Positions 36,351-39,719 of a DNA stretch of 39,719 bases are shown here, piece by piece. The notes under the pieces are model-generated. The model worked only from the letters and a program-made list of their open reading frames with translations. It did no database searches and was not told the origin of the DNA. The position numbers and the translations under genes were made by a program. Positions within the stretch are counted from its first letter, which is position 1. Each line of letters opens with the position of its first letter. Source of the stretch: Selaginella moellendorffii (lineage: Eukaryota; Plantae; Lycopodiophyta); contig NW_003314300.1 in assembly GCF_000143415.4 (NCBI RefSeq), positions 1 to 39,719 on the forward strand, given 5' to 3'.

Positions 36351-38149
36351 CAAATTGATGAAGATGCCTGGAAAATGAGAGATGAAAACAAGAATAGAAA
36401 GAAAAAAAAGAACCAAAAAGGCTCTGGAAATATCTGTATAGCTGAGGGCAGAGGCTCTGTATAGCTGTGAGAAGATGCTCTGGAAATGGTTGATTAGAAA
36501 CTTGAGTCTCATGATTAGAATCTTGGAGGGGTCAGGAAAACTTCCTAGCAGAGAGTAGAATTTTAAACCTTGGGAGAAAAGAAAGCTTGGATGACAAAAG
36601 CAAAGTACCTTGAGCATGTTGCATTGCATAAAATCCTGTCTTGGCTTCTTAAGACAGGAGGACATTGTGCACATCCAAAATGTTCAAGTCATGTCAAAAG
36701 TGTTTCTAAGAAGGATTTTCAAATAGAGACAGACTTGGATAGGACATTTAGATTCATACCTTGTCAAGATGCTCTCCATGTGCTTGAAAAAACTTTGGGA
36801 GGATGTAACGAGAAGGATTCCAAGTTGATGGCATTACTTGCATGTGCTTCTTGATGGCTTACAATCACTGGCCATCGAGTGACAAGGAGTGGAAGAATTG
36901 GTGACAAAATAAATGGAAAGTGTGCATTTCAATGGCAAACCTTATTGTTTTAATCATTTTCTTGCAAAAGAATTTTGAACTAGAGAGGATAAATGTTGGT
37001 GATTTAGTGTTCTACATTCTTTGTCAAGTGTTTTAGGTTTTGGTCGTGATGAAGCAAGAGTAGTTACAACATTTTACAAAATTCAAATAAGATCTGGAAA
37101 ATGATAGTGGTTGAATTTCCATATTTATGGGAATTTGTTTTAAGACTCGGAGCATTGCTTCCTGGTAAACATTTTTTAAAGAGTCATGTGTTAAATGTAC
37201 ATCACAATAGTGAAATAGATTGTGCTCCCTATTGTCAACTAAGAAAAAAATTACATAAGTGACCACTAAAACTCATTACCAAGAGAATCACAATAAATCA
37301 TTATTCTGTTGTTTTATTTTTAAAAGATGTATTGTTCTATTACAAAGTATGGACAACTACATCTTCTCAAATTGAAATGTTCTCTACTTCTCCCGGTGGA
37401 GTTGGGGTCCCTATTAACTTATGTGTCCATTTAGAGTTAGCAGCTGGATAGCAGAGGCTTTACCACAATTGCCTACAAGTAGAGGTGTAATTGGGAGCTT
37501 CATTCTCATTCACTGTGCAGGCAGGTTCCCACGGTCTTGGAAGGATGCCCTTCGCAGCATGACTCATCAGCTCAGTAGCAAGAATGTCTTGGTAATTGTT
37601 ACTAGAGGTGGCCAGCACTAAGTGAGTAGGTTGTTATTAGTGACATGGTATGCGATGTACTACTTGAGCCATCACATTGCCTCTTGCAATGAACAGGGCT
37701 GACTGCTTGGAAATGCACACACTAGGTGAGGGATGTGAAGCCAATGCTGGTGGTATAGGCACCAAAGAAAAGGCCAAACAACTGACTGCTGCTGCTATCA
37801 TTGGCCTCTGCCCACCACTGTTTGTTTTACGTGGCTTCCAGTTCACAGCTAGGAAAGGAAGTTAAAGTTTTGCTGTGTGAAGCCAGGTTAGTATGTTAAC
37901 AACATAGGCCCTACCTCCAAAGTTGGGCACCACCATCTTCTAACTCACAAAGTCCAACTTAACATACATACTGATGGTAAAGTTGCATGACTCCCTTTTA
38001 CATGCTTTTCTTTTCCATCCCAAGCCAAGGAATGAATAAGCCTTTATTGCACCATAGGATGTCATGAATTATTATTGTAATTTCTTTGTACTATACCATG
38101 TACTTTGATAAGGCAATCCTAGGAAGACCTTCTTTTGGTAATTTTTGAA

Positions 38150-39719
38150 GGAAATGAGCATATTTCCATAACATCACTCCACCAAGCAAGATAATAGTAA
38201 TATAGTTACTCATTAGCATTTAGACCCTGTTGGGCAAATAAACATAAATTTTGAATGAGCAGTATACCAACATCCACTTTTTGCTATCAAATTTGGCAGC
38301 AACAATAAATTCCCGAAGTACCATTATACTCTTTCTTTCGGTTTTGAAGTTATGCATAATCAACTTAGCTGCAAAGACTCATGGCAAAAGCTCATTATCA
38401 TTGGATAAATTGCTAGAAGACTTGCTAGCAGTGGGGAGGATGCAAGGAGAGAATTAATGGCAACACTACTATATTTCCTCCTTTTCCCCTCTTCCCTTTT
38501 TTTATTTTTTATAAACTATGGCCTATCAACCTTAGAAAAGGACAATCCTAGTATCTTTGCCAGTAATTCTTCCCCTCTTCTATATGGCAAGAGTGGATGC
38601 AAGTTCTTAGCACTTGCATCATGCACCTACAAAGTTACTATGACTAACTTGTAACATCAAAAGTTGTAAATGACTATTAACTTGTTAGACATGGCTATCT
38701 CTTTTATTTTTTTCAGATTTATGTTGTTCTGCTCCAAAGTATATATAACAACATCTTTCCATCTTTACTTTTCCTAGCTCCACTGAAAAGAAGATGTATT
38801 TATCTTAGGTATGCTATATCTCCCAGCGAAGCTGGGGTCTTTGCTAGTAATTTATAAACACATTTATAATTTATAAAATTTCTCAAACAATTCCTAGTAT
38901 ATTCTAGTTTATCCTACCATCTAATCATTGATATTTAATAAGATTAATCTTGTGTTTATAAATTATAAACATGTTTATAATTATAATTTTCCATTTGATT
39001 AATTGGATTAATAAATAGGAATAACACTACTATTAAGAAAACTAAGCATTGCTGCCTACAAAGCATAATCAACAACTGAACAATATCCAATGTGATTGAT
39101 TAACAGAATTACCTCTAGTAAAAGGAGCCAAAAAATAAACTAGACTTCACTGGAAACAAAAAAGAATAAAACTTTGAGCTAAAAATTAAAATCAATCAAC
39201 TTGCCATAGGGTGACTCGATTTCATTAGACATGCTTTGGGTTTGAGAATATGCCCCAGCACAGCATCATCTCTACTACAGGGGATGGAATAGCACGCCCT
39301 ATTGAGATGAAATACAGCCACTTGGGATGTAAAATGTTAAAGGTGATAGTGTTCCATTCAACCTCATCTCCCAAAACATCTCCAAAGACTCCTTGCTCCT
39401 TCCATTATGAGCATAGCAAGAGAGGATCAAGTTCCAGGATGGTTCATCCACAGATCCTGGAACACTAGTATGGAGTCACACACATGGAGATTAATGGGTT
39501 TCTATGGTGTTCTTGCTTGCTGGTGTCTCCCATGATCTAAGAGACTTAAATTCCCCATACCAGCACAAGCATTAATCATTGATAGTAGTTGAGATCATTG
39601 AGCTTGATACCATGAGCCTAGAAACTTTGAGAGCTCCCTTGCAATTGCCATTCTGGATGTAAAACCCAATCAATGCATTGTAAGTTACAGTGTTTCTTTG
39701 GCTTATGCCAAAAGACCTC
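38150..39719 (-). pseudogene. Heavily decayed PLS-PPR gene, interrupted by AT-rich sequence, truncated at window end
   Basis: RNTVTYNALIGFYIQNG, INACAGMGNL, SWNLILSCYAHNGRSKESLEMFWEMR (39330-39700); weaker E-domain-like LMSN..WSDVMEI at ~38160-38220. Confidence 0.7.

Noticed and set aside
36500-37900. Coding-like segments (ORFs 36570-36854 +, 37637-37846 - with an AxA-ending hydrophobic stretch)
   Set aside because: Could not assemble a stop-free model or recognise a family.
38849-38990. Short AT-rich inverted repeats (AATTTATAAACAC / GTGTTTATAAATT)
   Set aside because: Low complexity; plausible by chance.

Overview
Eukaryotic plant nuclear DNA. The ~45-65 nt introns and many PLS-class PPR genes suggest a lycophyte such as Selaginella (inference). 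1-8.8 kb is a nest of decayed Ty3/gypsy LTR retrotransposon pieces whose LTRs carry an 11/12-bp microsatellite. At ~8.9-9.5 kb lies a decayed beta-class amino-DNA-methyltransferase-like gene. Next come a compact PRD3/PAIR1-like meiotic gene (+) converging on an AHA1-N-domain gene (-), and a disabled Crinkler-like NTPase + restriction-endonuclease gene (-, ~16-17.9 kb). 18.2-26.7 kb is a block of direct and inverted duplications carrying two PPR pseudogenes and a family of small secreted Cys/Trp/Arg-rich repeat peptides (2 intact genes, at least 5 decayed copies), with a perfect 31-bp palindrome at an inversion centre; this is the most novel-looking system here. Further on are an intact multi-exon FAM172A/Arb2-family gene (-), an intact PLS-E PPR gene (+), a tRNA-like fragment, an ACBP4/5-type kelch pseudogene and more PPR debris. 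All family assignments come from motif recognition by eye; no searches were run.
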